Notes: generated from the letters alone by a model not told the origin. A stretch of 35,217 nt of DNA from Clostridia bacterium (GCA_017556785.1 JAFYMD010000106.1:1-35217), one strand, 5' to 3'. Positions 16,088-25,795 are shown, counted from the first letter of the stretch. Made by a program: numbers and translations.

Positions 16088-17572
16088 ATGACAAAAGGTT
16101 TTGACAATGACAAGTATTTGGCCATGCAATCCGAACACATTCGAGGACGCATTGACCAATTCGGCGGTAAGCTGTATTTGGAATTCGGCGGCAAATTGTT
16201 CGACGATTTTCATGCGGCTCGGGTATTGCCCGGCTTTTTACCCGACAGCAAACTGCAAATGCTGTTGCAACTGAAAGAACAAGCCGAAATTGTAATTGTA
16301 ATCAGCGCCACCGCCATTGAAAAAAACAAGGTGCGCGGTGACCTGGGAATCACCTACGACCAAGACGTACTGCGATTGATCGACGCTTTTCGCAGTGTAG
16401 GCTTGTACGTGGGTAGTGTTGTGCTTACCTGTTTTGCCTACCAACCCGCCGCTGAAGCATTTCAAACCCGATTGGAAAAATTGGGTGTACGGGTATACCG
16501 TCATTATGTCATTTCGGGGTATCCCTCCAACGTTGATCTCATCGTCAGCGATGACGGTTACGGAAAAAATCAATACATTGAAACTTCTCGTCAATTGGTG
16601 GTGGTCACCGCTCCCGGACCGGGTAGCGGCAAAATGGCAGTTTGTTTGTCTCAGCTGTATCACGACCACAAGCGTGGCGTACAAGCAGGCTATGCCAAAT
16701 TCGAAACCTTCCCTGTTTGGAATCTGCCGCTAAAGCATCCCGTGAACATGGCATACGAAGCCGCCACCGCCGATTTAAACGACGTAAATATGATCGACCC
16801 TTTCCACCTGGAAGCCTACGGCAAAACCGCCGTGAACTATAACCGCGACGTGGAAATTTTCCCTGTGGTCAGCGCCATGATGGAACGAATCTTGGGGGAA
16901 TCGCCCTATAAATCCCCCACCGACATGGGTGTCAATATGGCAGGCAACTGTATTGTAGACAACGACATGGTTTGCCAAGCCGCCAAAAGTGAGATCGTAC
17001 GGCGTTACTACGCCGGGTTGTTGGCGCAAAAAAACGGCAACGGCTCCGAAGAAACGGTGCGAAAATTGGAACTGCTTATGAAGCAAGCAGGCGTTACGGT
17101 AGCTGATCGCAAAGTCGTTGCCGCCGCCAATACCCGAGCCGAAGAAACAGGCGAGCCCGCCGCCGCCATAGAGCTGCCCGACGGTCGTATCATTACCGGC
17201 AAGACCTCACCCCTTATGGGTGCTTCTGCCGCTTTGTTGCTCAACGCATTAAAAGCTTTGGGAGGCATTGACAAAGAAATCCACCTGCTGTCCCCGGTGA
17301 TTATTCAACCCATTCAGCACCTGAAGGTCGACCACCTGGGCAACCACAACCCCCGCTTGCACACCGACGAAATTTTGTTGGCGTTGTCTATTTCCGCCGC
17401 CACCAATCCCACCGCTGAAGTGGCAATGCAACAACTCAATCTGTTAAAGGATTGCCAAGTGCACTCCTCGGTAATTTTATCCCCCGTGGATCAAAAAACC
17501 TTCAAAAACTTAGGAATACAACTGACCATGGAGCCGGTTTATCAATTCAAAAAACTGTTCCACAAAAAATAA
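16088..17572 (+). CDS. UPF0371 / DUF1846 family protein (conserved, function unknown)
   Basis: 494 aa. Blocks are FDNDKYLAMQSEHIRGRIDQFGGKLYLEFGGKLFDDFHAARVLPGF, VVTAPGPGSGKMA, GYAKFETFPVWNLPLKHPVNMAYEAATADLNDVNMIDPFHLEAYG, SPYKSPTDMGVNM and DHLGNHNPRLHTDEILLALSI. These match the highly conserved UPF0371 family known from streptococci and clostridia. Confidence 0.9.
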   Translation: MTKGFDNDKYLAMQSEHIRGRIDQFGGKLYLEFGGKLFDDFHAARVLPGFLPDSKLQMLLQLKEQAEIVIVISATAIEKNKVRGDLGITYDQDVLRLIDAFRSVGLYVGSVVLTCFAYQPAAEAFQTRLEKLGVRVYRHYVISGYPSNVDLIVSDDGYGKNQYIETSRQLVVVTAPGPGSGKMAVCLSQLYHDHKRGVQAGYAKFETFPVWNLPLKHPVNMAYEAATADLNDVNMIDPFHLEAYGKTAVNYNRDVEIFPVVSAMMERILGESPYKSPTDMGVNMAGNCIVDNDMVCQAAKSEIVRRYYAGLLAQKNGNGSEETVRKLELLMKQAGVTVADRKVVAAANTRAEETGEPAAAIELPDGRIITGKTSPLMGASAALLLNALKALGGIDKEIHLLSPVIIQPIQHLKVDHLGNHNPRLHTDEILLALSISAATNPTAEVAMQQLNLLKDCQVHSSVILSPVDQKTFKNLGIQLTMEPVYQFKKLFHKK

Positions 17573-17581
17573 TTCAAACGC

Positions 17582-17625
17582 AAAAAACGATCCCCGAAAG
17601 CAACCGTTTTCGAGGATCGTTTTTC
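17582..17625. terminator. Bidirectional rho-independent terminator between convergent DUF1846 and GH13 genes
   Basis: AACGATCC (17586-17593) pairs with GGATCGTT (17614-17621). The inner stem is CGAAA/TTTCG. An A-run lies upstream and a T-run downstream. Confidence 0.75.
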
Positions 17626-17629
17626 ATTC

Positions 17630-19495
17630 TTATAACCAATCAAACAACACCAATCCACCGCTCATGGGAGGCAACAACAAGTCATTGTCCGTGCACTCTC
17701 CCAGCAAGGTCGTAAGGTGTTTTCCGTTGCGCGGCAGGGAAACTGCCGTTTTTTTGTTACCGCGGTTGACCGCGACCAACAAGGCTTGGTTGTCTGCCAC
17801 ACGCATATACGCTACCGTATTTTGATCGGCATACAACGGCACCATGTCGCCTTCCTTCAACATCGGCAGTTCGGTTCGCCATGCGCCCAATCGCTTATAC
17901 CATTCCTTCAGTTTGGGACACGGAGGCGTGTTCCAAGCCATGGGTGCACGGTTAAAGGGATCGCCGTACCCTTCCATTCCCAATTCGTCACCGTAATAAA
18001 CGCAAGGCACACCGGGTAGGGTGTACTGCAACAACGTTGCCAACTGCACCATGGCTTCTCCCCGCTTATATTGGTCAGCGTGCAAGCGAGTCTTGGACTG
18101 CCATGCCCGATCTCGTCCTTGCTCCGCCTCCCCTGCCAATGCGGTGATCAACCGCTTGGTGTCGTGAGTGCCCAAGTGATTCATAAGGGTGTGCAAAGCG
18201 GGGGCAGGGTAGTTTTCTGCCACCGTCATGACCGTTTCCAAAAAGGCATTGCCGTCGCCGTTGCGCACAAAATCAAGTACCGCATTGGCAAAGGGATAGT
18301 TCATAACGCTGTCTAACTGCGTTCCCAACAAATAACTGCGGCGGTTGCCGTAACTGATTTTGGTGGTGGCGTCTTCCCACACCTCTCCCAAAATCATGCC
18401 TTGCGGGTGATTGGCTTTGACACCGCGCCGCAAATAGTCCAAAAACAGGTCGGGCAATTCATCTGCCACATCTAACCGCCAACCGTCGGCACCTCGGTTC
18501 ATCCAATAGGCCAATACGCCGTCGTGCCCCGTAATAAACGAAAGGTAGTCGGGGTCGGTTTCGTTGACTTCGGGCAGGGTTTGAAATCCCCACCAAGAGT
18601 GATATTTTTCGGGGTAGTTAATAAAGGTGTACCAAGAGCGATAGGGGGAATCGGGACGATTGACTGCACCGTTTGGTTCGTACCGCAGTTGTTTGTTAAA
18701 GTACACGCTGTCGCTTCCCGTGTGGGAAAATACGCCGTCTAACAAAATACGTATTCCCACCGCATGAGCGGCGGCGCACAAATCTTTGAAATCTTGCTCG
18801 GTTCCCAAAAGCGGATCAATCTTTTTGTAGTCGGCGGTGTTGTACCGATGATTGGAATGTGCCTCAAAAATAGGATTTAAGTAGAGGCAGGTAACCCCCA
18901 ACTCTTTGAAATAAGGGAGTTTGCTTTCTATCCCTTTTAAGTCTCCGCACCAATAATCGTTGTTCAGACGACAGGGCTCTTGCTCGGTTTTGTCTACGTT
19001 AAAGGCAGGTTGTCCCACAAATTCAGAGTACAAATACCGCTCGGCGGGCACGTTTTGTTTTGGCGTACCCGAAGCACAAAATCGGTCGGGAAAAATTTGG
19101 TACATAATACCGCCTTTTAACCAATCGGGGGTCTGAAAGTCGGCACGGTACACCGTCAATTGCCATTCGGGGCCGTCGGCTTGCATAATTCCCGCGCCGC
19201 CTTTTCCGCAAGTGAGCGGATTGTGACCATAGGGGGTGTCGAAGTAAAAGTGGTAAAAATACAACCCTGCTTCGTTGGGGGTGATGATACACTCCCACCA
19301 CCAGCCGTTTTGGTCACCCTCTAAGGTGCGCCAAACGTCTTGCCATATTTCTGCTTTGCCGTCTTTGTGATAAATCAGCCAAGCACGACTGCAATCTAAG
19401 GGCAAATATAGCTTAAAACTGACAGGAGTCCCCGCCGTAACCGCCCCAAAAGGGGTTTTATAGCGGGGATCTTGTGAATAGTAAGGGGTTTTCAT
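17630..19495 (-). CDS. GH13 alpha-glycosidase (neopullulanase/cyclomaltodextrinase-like), cytoplasmic
   Basis: 621 aa with no signal peptide. The four GH13 conserved regions are DGVFSHTG (I), GWRLDVADE (II, nucleophile Asp), GEVWED (III, acid/base Glu) and NHLGTHD (IV). It has an N-terminal beta-domain typical of neopullulanase-type enzymes. Only 3 nt separate it from the glgP stop. Confidence 0.9.
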   Translation of the reverse strand: MKTPYYSQDPRYKTPFGAVTAGTPVSFKLYLPLDCSRAWLIYHKDGKAEIWQDVWRTLEGDQNGWWWECIITPNEAGLYFYHFYFDTPYGHNPLTCGKGGAGIMQADGPEWQLTVYRADFQTPDWLKGGIMYQIFPDRFCASGTPKQNVPAERYLYSEFVGQPAFNVDKTEQEPCRLNNDYWCGDLKGIESKLPYFKELGVTCLYLNPIFEAHSNHRYNTADYKKIDPLLGTEQDFKDLCAAAHAVGIRILLDGVFSHTGSDSVYFNKQLRYEPNGAVNRPDSPYRSWYTFINYPEKYHSWWGFQTLPEVNETDPDYLSFITGHDGVLAYWMNRGADGWRLDVADELPDLFLDYLRRGVKANHPQGMILGEVWEDATTKISYGNRRSYLLGTQLDSVMNYPFANAVLDFVRNGDGNAFLETVMTVAENYPAPALHTLMNHLGTHDTKRLITALAGEAEQGRDRAWQSKTRLHADQYKRGEAMVQLATLLQYTLPGVPCVYYGDELGMEGYGDPFNRAPMAWNTPPCPKLKEWYKRLGAWRTELPMLKEGDMVPLYADQNTVAYMRVADNQALLVAVNRGNKKTAVSLPRNGKHLTTLLGECTDNDLLLPPMSGGLVLFDWL

Positions 19496-19498
19496 GGG

Positions 19499-21901
19499 TT
19501 ATTTAACCGCGGTGCAATGCCAAATATCTCTGGCGTAATCTTCTACCGCACGGTCGGCGGCAAACCGCCCCGACATGGCGGTATTGGTAATCGCCATGCG
19601 ATTCCATACAGCGGGTTTTTGGTACAATTCGCTTACTTTTTCTTGTGCACGGCAGTAGCTTTCAAAGTCAGCCAATACCATGTAGGGGTCACGATGAAGC
19701 AAAGAGTTGACCACGTCGGGGAAATAGTGCCCGTCAATGCCTGCGCTGATAAAGTCAATGGCTTGACGAATACGAGGATTGTTGTAGTAGTATTGGGTGG
19801 GATTGTAACGAGATTTGAGTTCTGCCGCTTCGGGGGTGCTCATACCAAAAATTACAATATTGTCGTCGCCCACAGCCTCGTGAATTTCCACGTTGGCACC
19901 GTCTTCGGTACCCAAGGTAACCGCACCGTTGAGCATGAGTTTCATGTTGCCGGTACCCGAAGCTTCGGTACCTGCCAACGAAATTTGTTCACTCACGTTG
20001 GCGGCGGGTACCAACAATTCTGCCAAGGTTACGCGGTAGTCTTCCATATACACGATTTTCAGTTTGTCTTTTACCGCGGGGTCGTTTTCAATGTGCTTAG
20101 CCAAGGTGCAAATCAATTGAATAATTTGTTTGGCAAGGAAATACCCCGGTGCGGCTTTTGCCCCGAAAATATAGGTTTTGGGGGTGAATTCGGCATTGGG
20201 ATTGTTTTTGATAAACAGATAATCGTCAATAATATGCAACACGTTAAGATGTTGCCGTTTGTATTCGTGCAACCGTTTGATTTGGATATCGAAAATGGAT
20301 TCCAAATTGCAGTCGCCACCACCGTGACGGCTGATGTATTTTGCCAAACGGGCTTTGTTGTTTTGTTTGATTTTGTGGAAGGTTTCTTGTACCGTGGCAT
20401 CGTCGGCGTATTTCATCAATTCTTCCAGCTTGTCGGCATTGTAAATATAATCGTTGCCAATCAAATCGGTAATCATAGCCGCCAGTTCGGGGTTGGCTTG
20501 GTTGAGCCAGCGACGATGAGCAATACCGTTGGTTACGTTTTTGAATTTTTGAGGGGTCAAGCGATAAAAGTCGGCAAATACGCTGTCTTTTAAGATTTCG
20601 CTGTGCAATTGAGAAACCCCGTTTACGCTGTGGCAAGCGGCTACTGCCATGTTTGCCATGCGCACCACACCGTCGGCCAAAATCGCAGTGCGTTCTACCA
20701 AGCCGGCGTCATAGGTTTGATTCCAAACCCGTTCCCGATGACGATTGTCAATTTCGGTGACGATTTGGAAAATACGGGGTAGACGTTCTTTAAACAAGTC
20801 CATGGGCCAGCATTCCAAAGCCTCACGCATAACCGTGTGGTTGGTGTAGGCAATGGTGCGGGTGACAATATCCCAAGCGTCGTCCCAAGTGTAACCGCAT
20901 TCGTCCAACAAAATACGCATCAATTCGGGAATTGCCAATACGGGGTGGGTGTCGTTGGTGTGAATGGCGGCTTTTTCGGGCAGATTGTCCAACGTACCGT
21001 AACGTTGCAGGTGGTCACGAACAATGTCTTGCACCGAAGCCGATACCAAAAAGTATTGTTGACGAAGGCGCAAAGATTTACCTTCATAGTGGTTGTCGGC
21101 AGGGTAAAGCACTTGGCTGATTACAGTAGCCATAGCATTTTGTTGCATAGCGCGCATATAGTCCCCGTCGTTAAACAGTTTCATGTCTAAACCGGGAGCT
21201 TCGGCACTCCAAAGCCGCAAAACCGACACCCCTTTGCCGTCTTGCCCTGCAACCATCAGGTCGTGGGGAATGGCTTTAATAGGTGCATAGTTTTCGTGTT
21301 CTACGTGGTGATGGTGACCGTCCCACCAATCTCGCACATAGCCGTCAAAACGAACTTCAATGGCTTGTTCGGGGTGGTCAATAAACCATACCTCGCCACC
21401 GGGAAGCCAAAAGTCGGGCAACTCGGTTTGCCAACCGTCGATGAGTTTTTGACGGAAAATACCGTATTCATAGCAAATAGAATACCCCATGGCAGGGTAA
21501 CCGTCGGTGGCAAGACCGTCTAAATAACAGGCTGCCAAACGACCTAACCCACCGTTGCCCAAACCGGCATCCGGCTCTTGATCAAAGATTTTTTCCAACT
21601 TAATGTCAAAATCGCTCAGGGCTTGTTCAAAAGAATCCATCAGCCCTAAGTTGGAAAGGTTGTTTTTCAGCGAGCGACCCATCAAGAATTCCATGCAAAG
21701 ATAATATACCTGCTTGGCATCTTGCTTGGCGGCACGCCCCATAAAATCGTTGCGACCCTTTTGCAACATGTCTTTTACAATCAAAACGATTGCTTTGTAA
21801 TAATGCTCGTTGGTGGCTTCGTGGGGGGTTACGCCGAAGTAGTGAGAAAGTTTTTGTAAAATCAATTCTCGTGCTTCGGACGAAGATAAACGGTAATCCA
21901 T
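19499..21901 (-). CDS. glgP: Glycogen/maltodextrin phosphorylase (GT35)
   Basis: 800 aa. The pyridoxal-phosphate lysine motif is EASGTGNMKLMLNGA. Other typical blocks are GLGNGGLGRLAAC, NDTHP and HEYKRQ. The RBS GGAGG precedes ATG 21901. Confidence 0.95.
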   Translation of the reverse strand: MDYRLSSSEARELILQKLSHYFGVTPHEATNEHYYKAIVLIVKDMLQKGRNDFMGRAAKQDAKQVYYLCMEFLMGRSLKNNLSNLGLMDSFEQALSDFDIKLEKIFDQEPDAGLGNGGLGRLAACYLDGLATDGYPAMGYSICYEYGIFRQKLIDGWQTELPDFWLPGGEVWFIDHPEQAIEVRFDGYVRDWWDGHHHHVEHENYAPIKAIPHDLMVAGQDGKGVSVLRLWSAEAPGLDMKLFNDGDYMRAMQQNAMATVISQVLYPADNHYEGKSLRLRQQYFLVSASVQDIVRDHLQRYGTLDNLPEKAAIHTNDTHPVLAIPELMRILLDECGYTWDDAWDIVTRTIAYTNHTVMREALECWPMDLFKERLPRIFQIVTEIDNRHRERVWNQTYDAGLVERTAILADGVVRMANMAVAACHSVNGVSQLHSEILKDSVFADFYRLTPQKFKNVTNGIAHRRWLNQANPELAAMITDLIGNDYIYNADKLEELMKYADDATVQETFHKIKQNNKARLAKYISRHGGGDCNLESIFDIQIKRLHEYKRQHLNVLHIIDDYLFIKNNPNAEFTPKTYIFGAKAAPGYFLAKQIIQLICTLAKHIENDPAVKDKLKIVYMEDYRVTLAELLVPAANVSEQISLAGTEASGTGNMKLMLNGAVTLGTEDGANVEIHEAVGDDNIVIFGMSTPEAAELKSRYNPTQYYYNNPRIRQAIDFISAGIDGHYFPDVVNSLLHRDPYMVLADFESYCRAQEKVSELYQKPAVWNRMAITNTAMSGRFAADRAVEDYARDIWHCTAVK

Positions 21902-21951
21902 AAAAGAACCTCCGATAAGATAAAATTCTCCATAATATAAATTATACCCAC

Positions 21952-21979
21952 ATTATATAATATATTGCTAAAAAATCAA
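21952..21979 (-). promoter_or_regulatory. Putative promoter of glgP-GH13 operon
   Basis: The minus strand reads TTGATT (21979-21974), a 16-nt spacer, then TATAAT (21957-21952). A second TATAAT lies at 21946-21941. Confidence 0.45.
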
Positions 21980-22063
21980 GAGGGGAAAGAATGAATTGAA
22001 ATAAAAAACAGCAAATTGCACAAAAAACGATGGTTTTTTCACTTCCGAAGGAATCGCTATAGA

Positions 22064-22095
22064 TACCAAAAGCCCACCGCTTGTCGGCGGTGGGC
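22064..22095 (-). terminator. Rho-independent terminator after the small membrane protein gene
   Basis: The minus strand reads GCCCACCGC-CGACAA-GCGGTGGGC followed by TTTTGG. The stems are at 22072-22080 and 22087-22095. Confidence 0.7.
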
Positions 22096-22153
22096 CTCAG
22101 GTGGGCAAATCGTTCTTTGAAATACAGGATATTTGTGCTGACAAGCCGTTGGA

Positions 22154-22663
22154 TTACAGGATCGACATCAAGATCAATCCCAATACAAATACGCCGGCAC
22201 CAACGGCGGTAGGGAACCAAATTCCCAGCTTGAATTCGGGAGTCCAGCCGAGCTTTTTGCAGTTGGCCATAAATTGGATGCAGTAAGCGATGTATCGGAT
22301 GGGAGTGACCACTACACCGATCAAAATGGTTAAGAACAGTTGGAGCACCAGCATACCCAATTTGCCGCCTAGGTCAGGATCGTAGGTTTTGTGTCCGTCG
22401 GCATAGGTGGTGACAATTTGGTAGTCGTAATTAAAGATGTTTTTGAAGCCATACCGTCTCACTGCAATCACAGAAGGAACGGAAATGATCAAGGCGCCTG
22501 CCAGGGAAAGAAGCGGGGTTGTTTTGAAACCGATGATAACGAGGATCCAACCAACGCAACAAAACAGGATAATCTTCCAGATTTCTTTTAAGCCATGACT
22601 CATTTTGTCAAGGGCTTGGTTTTCCGAAGGGTTTAGTTTTTGCTCATTGATTTGTTCGTTCAT
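22154..22663 (-). CDS. Small integral membrane protein, function unknown (about 4 TM segments)
   Basis: Start is at ATG 22663 (MNEQINEQKL) with GAAAGGAA upstream; the track start at 22711 lacks an RBS. Hydrophobic segments are IILFCCVGWILVIIGF, LLSLAGALIISVPSVIAV, LGMLVLQLFLTILIGVVVTPI and WFPTAVGAGVFVLGLILMSIL. I recognise no family motif. Confidence 0.6.
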   Translation of the reverse strand: MNEQINEQKLNPSENQALDKMSHGLKEIWKIILFCCVGWILVIIGFKTTPLLSLAGALIISVPSVIAVRRYGFKNIFNYDYQIVTTYADGHKTYDPDLGGKLGMLVLQLFLTILIGVVVTPIRYIAYCIQFMANCKKLGWTPEFKLGIWFPTAVGAGVFVLGLILMSIL

Positions 22664-22770
22664 GGGTAACATTCCTTTCATTTTGTTTTTGTGGGAACGC
22701 AGATGACACAAATATCCGATTTACCGCTTTTCACCAAACAGAAGTATCAGAGGAATGTTTGATCATCTTC

Positions 22771-22799
22771 ATAGTAGCATAATTTGTCGAATTTTGCAA
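22771..22799 (-). promoter_or_regulatory. Putative promoter of the membrane protein gene
   Basis: The minus strand reads TTGCAA (22799-22794), a 17-nt spacer, then TACTAT (22776-22771), preceded by TGc (extended -10). Confidence 0.45.
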
Positions 22800-22810
22800 G
22801 GAGTTTGGCA

Positions 22811-22852
22811 AACAAATAAATACACGATGATTTCTTGTGAAACCATCGTGTT
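22811..22852 (-). terminator. Rho-independent terminator after nagA
   Basis: ACACGATGATTTC (22822-22834) pairs with GAAACCATCGTGT (22839-22851), 13 bp with 1 mismatch, around the loop TTGT. On the minus strand the hairpin is followed by ATTTATTTGTTTG. Confidence 0.6.
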
Positions 22853-22858
22853 TCAGGT

Positions 22859-23923
22859 TTATAGGGAATGAAAATTGCCTTCCACACAGGTGGCAAGGGG
22901 GTTGAGAGAATCGTCCATCACTACAAAGTCAGCGTCGTAGCCTGCGGCAAGCTTGCCCTTTGGCAGTCCCATCACGGTGGCGGGGGTGGTGCTGGCCATT
23001 TGGATGGCATCTTCTTTGGGGATCCCGAATCGGATGGCTTGCTTAACACAATACAGCAGGGTAGCGGTAGAGCCTGCGATGGTTCCGTCGGCAAGACGGG
23101 CGGTGCCCTCTTTTACAAACACCGTTTGACCACCTAAATCATACTGACCGTCGGTCAGCCCCGTGGCGCGCATGGAGTCGCTGATGAGGATCATCCGCTG
23201 TGGACCAAAGGCTTTATACAGCATCATCACCACGGCGGGATGCAGGTGGAATCCGTCGCAAATGACCTGTACGTAAGCATCCTTTGTGAGCGCCGCCCCC
23301 ACGGGACCGGGATTGCGGTGGTGGAGAGGCTTCATGGCGTTAAAGGTGTGGGTCAGTCCCACAGCGCCTGCTTCAAAAACCCGGAAAGCCAAATCGTAAT
23401 CGGCGGCGGTGTGCCCCAAAAACACGGGGATAGAGGAATCTTTGATGGCTTGCAATGCGCCATCGATTTCAGGAGCGAGAGTAATCAGCCCCAAGTGATG
23501 ATAATGGGATAAATGCTCAAAACGGGCGGCGGTAATGGCCTCTTCTGCCTGTGCCCCCTTATAGGCGGGGTTGATGAACGGTCCTTCCAAATGATACCCC
23601 AATGCTTTGGCACCGGTGGTTTCAGGCAATATAGCGGTCGCTTTTTCAATCGCTTCTTTTGCCATGGACATGGTGGTAGGATACCAAGGAGTCACCCCGT
23701 TTTGCAAATAAAAACGGCTCATTTCCTCTAAGCATTCATTCCCGTCCATCACGTCCAAGCCTATACAACCATGGGAGTGAATGTCAATCAGGCCGGGAAT
23801 AACCTCTTGTCCGTTCAGGTCAATTCCCTCTTCCGCGGTTTTTCCGAAAAAAGCAAATTTTCCGTTTTCTACCCCAAAATCAGTAACAATTCCGTTGATG
23901 CATGCGTTTTTGTAAACCGTCAT
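22859..23923 (-). CDS. nagA: N-acetylglucosamine-6-phosphate deacetylase
   Basis: 354 aa, amidohydrolase fold. NagA blocks are LIDIHSHG, GYHLEGPFI, ITLAPE, GHTAADY, THTFNAM and ISDSM. The start overlaps the nagB stop (ATGA). Confidence 0.9.
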   Translation of the reverse strand: MTVYKNACINGIVTDFGVENGKFAFFGKTAEEGIDLNGQEVIPGLIDIHSHGCIGLDVMDGNECLEEMSRFYLQNGVTPWYPTTMSMAKEAIEKATAILPETTGAKALGYHLEGPFINPAYKGAQAEEAITAARFEHLSHYHHLGLITLAPEIDGALQAIKDSSIPVFLGHTAADYDLAFRVFEAGAVGLTHTFNAMKPLHHRNPGPVGAALTKDAYVQVICDGFHLHPAVVMMLYKAFGPQRMILISDSMRATGLTDGQYDLGGQTVFVKEGTARLADGTIAGSTATLLYCVKQAIRFGIPKEDAIQMASTTPATVMGLPKGKLAAGYDADFVVMDDSLNPLATCVEGNFHSL

Positions 23924-24642
23924 CCCTCATACGCCTCTTTATCACACAAAATGGTTACGTTGGGGTGCATTTTCAGGAACGTAGCGGGACAATCGGTGGT
24001 CACCAAATCGTTTTGCAACGCTTCGATCACCGCATGTTTGTTTGCGCCCGAAATGATGCAAACGATTTGACGTGCTTTCATAATGGTGCCCATACCCATG
24101 GTAACCGCTTTGGTCGGCACGTCTTCTTTCTTTTCAAAGAAACGGGCATTGGCATCAATGGTATCGTCGGTCAAATCGGTCACGTGCGTGCCCGCCACCA
24201 ACGCGGTGTCCGGTTCGTTAAAGCCAATGTGACCGTTGCGGCCAACCCCTAACAGTTGCAGGTCAATGCCACCCTTGGCATCGATCGCAGCATCGTAAGC
24301 CGCACCTACGGTTTCCACGTCCTTGGCGGTGCCGTCCGGCACAAAGGTGTTGGCTTTGTCAATGTTAATGTTGTCGAACAAATTTTTGTTCATAAAATAG
24401 CGATAACTTTGGTCATGGGCGGGGTCCATGGGATAATATTCGTCCAAGTTAAAGGTGGTGACGTCTTTAAAATCAATCACCCCTGCTTTGTTTTGTTCTG
24501 CCAAAAATTGATACAGACCCAAGGGGGTGCTACCGGTGGCAAACCCCAAAACAGCATCGGGCTTTTCGGTAAGCAGGTCAACATACAATTTGCCTGCGGC
24601 GGCGGACATTTCTTCATAAGAGTTGCATACAATGATTTTCAT
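23920..24642 (-). CDS. nagB: Glucosamine-6-phosphate deaminase
   Basis: 240 aa. Blocks are MKIIV...GFATGSTPLGLY, FNLDEY and DLQLLGVGRNGHIGFNEP, which are canonical NagB motifs. Confidence 0.95.
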   Translation of the reverse strand: MKIIVCNSYEEMSAAAGKLYVDLLTEKPDAVLGFATGSTPLGLYQFLAEQNKAGVIDFKDVTTFNLDEYYPMDPAHDQSYRYFMNKNLFDNINIDKANTFVPDGTAKDVETVGAAYDAAIDAKGGIDLQLLGVGRNGHIGFNEPDTALVAGTHVTDLTDDTIDANARFFEKKEDVPTKAVTMGMGTIMKARQIVCIISGANKHAVIEALQNDLVTTDCPATFLKMHPNVTILCDKEAYEG

Positions 24643-24669
24643 AATAGGACCTTCTTTTATTGTCTTAAT

Positions 24670-25668
24670 TTATGGATTGAATGGCGGGCGTTTACCCACC
24701 ACAACTTGTAAAATGACGAGGGCATCGGCGGCAGTCACCCTGCCGTTTTGGTCGGTGTCGGCAGCAAGAGTTTGGGAATAAATGAGGTAGATGCGGCCCA
24801 CTACCGATTTTAATACCTCTAAAGCGTCGGCGGTATCAACCACACCGTTTTCATCCACGTCCCCCAAGGGGAAGAGAGGTTCGACGGGCACGTCGGCTTG
24901 TTTGGTTTGCGAGAATAACCAGCTCACTTGGTCGGCGGTGCGGAAGGCACGGGACCAACAACCGTGACCCAAATCGTCGTATTCGGTGTAAGAGATGTTT
25001 CCACCTGCTTCTTGAATGGCCGCTACTATGGCGCGGGTACCTGCCACCGGCACGGTGGGGTCGTCGGCGCTGTGATAGGTGCGAATGGCAACGTTGGTCA
25101 TCCGCTTTGCCTGATCAGGATCACCGCCGCCGCAAACCGGAATGGCAGCCGCAAAGGTGTTTGGGTAACGGGCAAGCAAATCCCATGTGCCGTAGCCACC
25201 CATCGAAAGCCCCGAAACGTATAGTCGGGTGGCATCAATTTTGTAGGTGTTTTGTAAGTCGGCAAGCAATTCCATTACCGCTACCAAATAGGGGGAGGGA
25301 GGAACTTTGTCGATCGCATAGGTTCCGCGGGTTGGGGAAACATTTACCCAAGGCTCCATGGATTGAGGTACAATCACAATGGTGTCGGTACGTTGATTCA
25401 AAACTGCCCGCACCAGCTCTACACCAACAGAAAGCTGATCCTCATTGTCGTTGCCGCATTCCCCAATGCCGTGCAGGTGAATGAACACCGCATAGCCGTT
25501 TTCGGGGGCATCGCCTTCGGGTTTATAAAAACGATAAGGGAGCTCGGTGTCATCCGAAGCGAAAAAGGTTTCGGCGGTCATGCCGTAAATGGTGTCATCG
25601 GCTTGGCAGGGAATCACCATTGTGCCAAGTAATGCGAAACACAAAAGAAACGAGAGGAATTTTTTCAT
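24670..25668 (-). CDS. Secreted alpha/beta-hydrolase esterase (COG4099-like) with C-terminal dockerin
   Basis: Signal peptide MKKFLSFLLCFALLGTMVIPCQA. Other features are FIHLHGIGECGNDNEDQL, the nucleophile elbow GLSMGG and a late HGCW His. The dockerin is at the C-terminus. The RBS AAGGAG precedes ATG 25668. The gene lies 27 nt upstream of nagB on the same strand. Confidence 0.8.
   Translation of the reverse strand: MKKFLSFLLCFALLGTMVIPCQADDTIYGMTAETFFASDDTELPYRFYKPEGDAPENGYAVFIHLHGIGECGNDNEDQLSVGVELVRAVLNQRTDTIVIVPQSMEPWVNVSPTRGTYAIDKVPPSPYLVAVMELLADLQNTYKIDATRLYVSGLSMGGYGTWDLLARYPNTFAAAIPVCGGGDPDQAKRMTNVAIRTYHSADDPTVPVAGTRAIVAAIQEAGGNISYTEYDDLGHGCWSRAFRTADQVSWLFSQTKQADVPVEPLFPLGDVDENGVVDTADALEVLKSVVGRIYLIYSQTLAADTDQNGRVTAADALVILQVVVGKRPPFNP
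24673..24864 (-). other. Dockerin module (C-terminal)
   Basis: GDVDENGVVDTADALEVLKSVVGRIYLIYSQTLAADTDQNGRVTAADALVILQVVVGKRPPFNP. Confidence 0.85.
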
Positions 25669-25795
25669 TATTACAACTCCTTTTCAAATGCATATTTTCA
25701 GTATACCATATTTTTTGGAAAATGAAAGATGAAAAACAAACTTTTTTCCTCAAAAAATCATTCAAATTTGACCTTTTGAAATAATTTGATTTAAA

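Noticed and set aside
25740-25795. AT-rich inverted repeat (TCAAATT ... AATTTGA) as a possible terminator of the second AraC gene
   Set aside because: The stem is only 7 bp and made entirely of A/T pairs, with a 14-nt loop. That is too weak to call.
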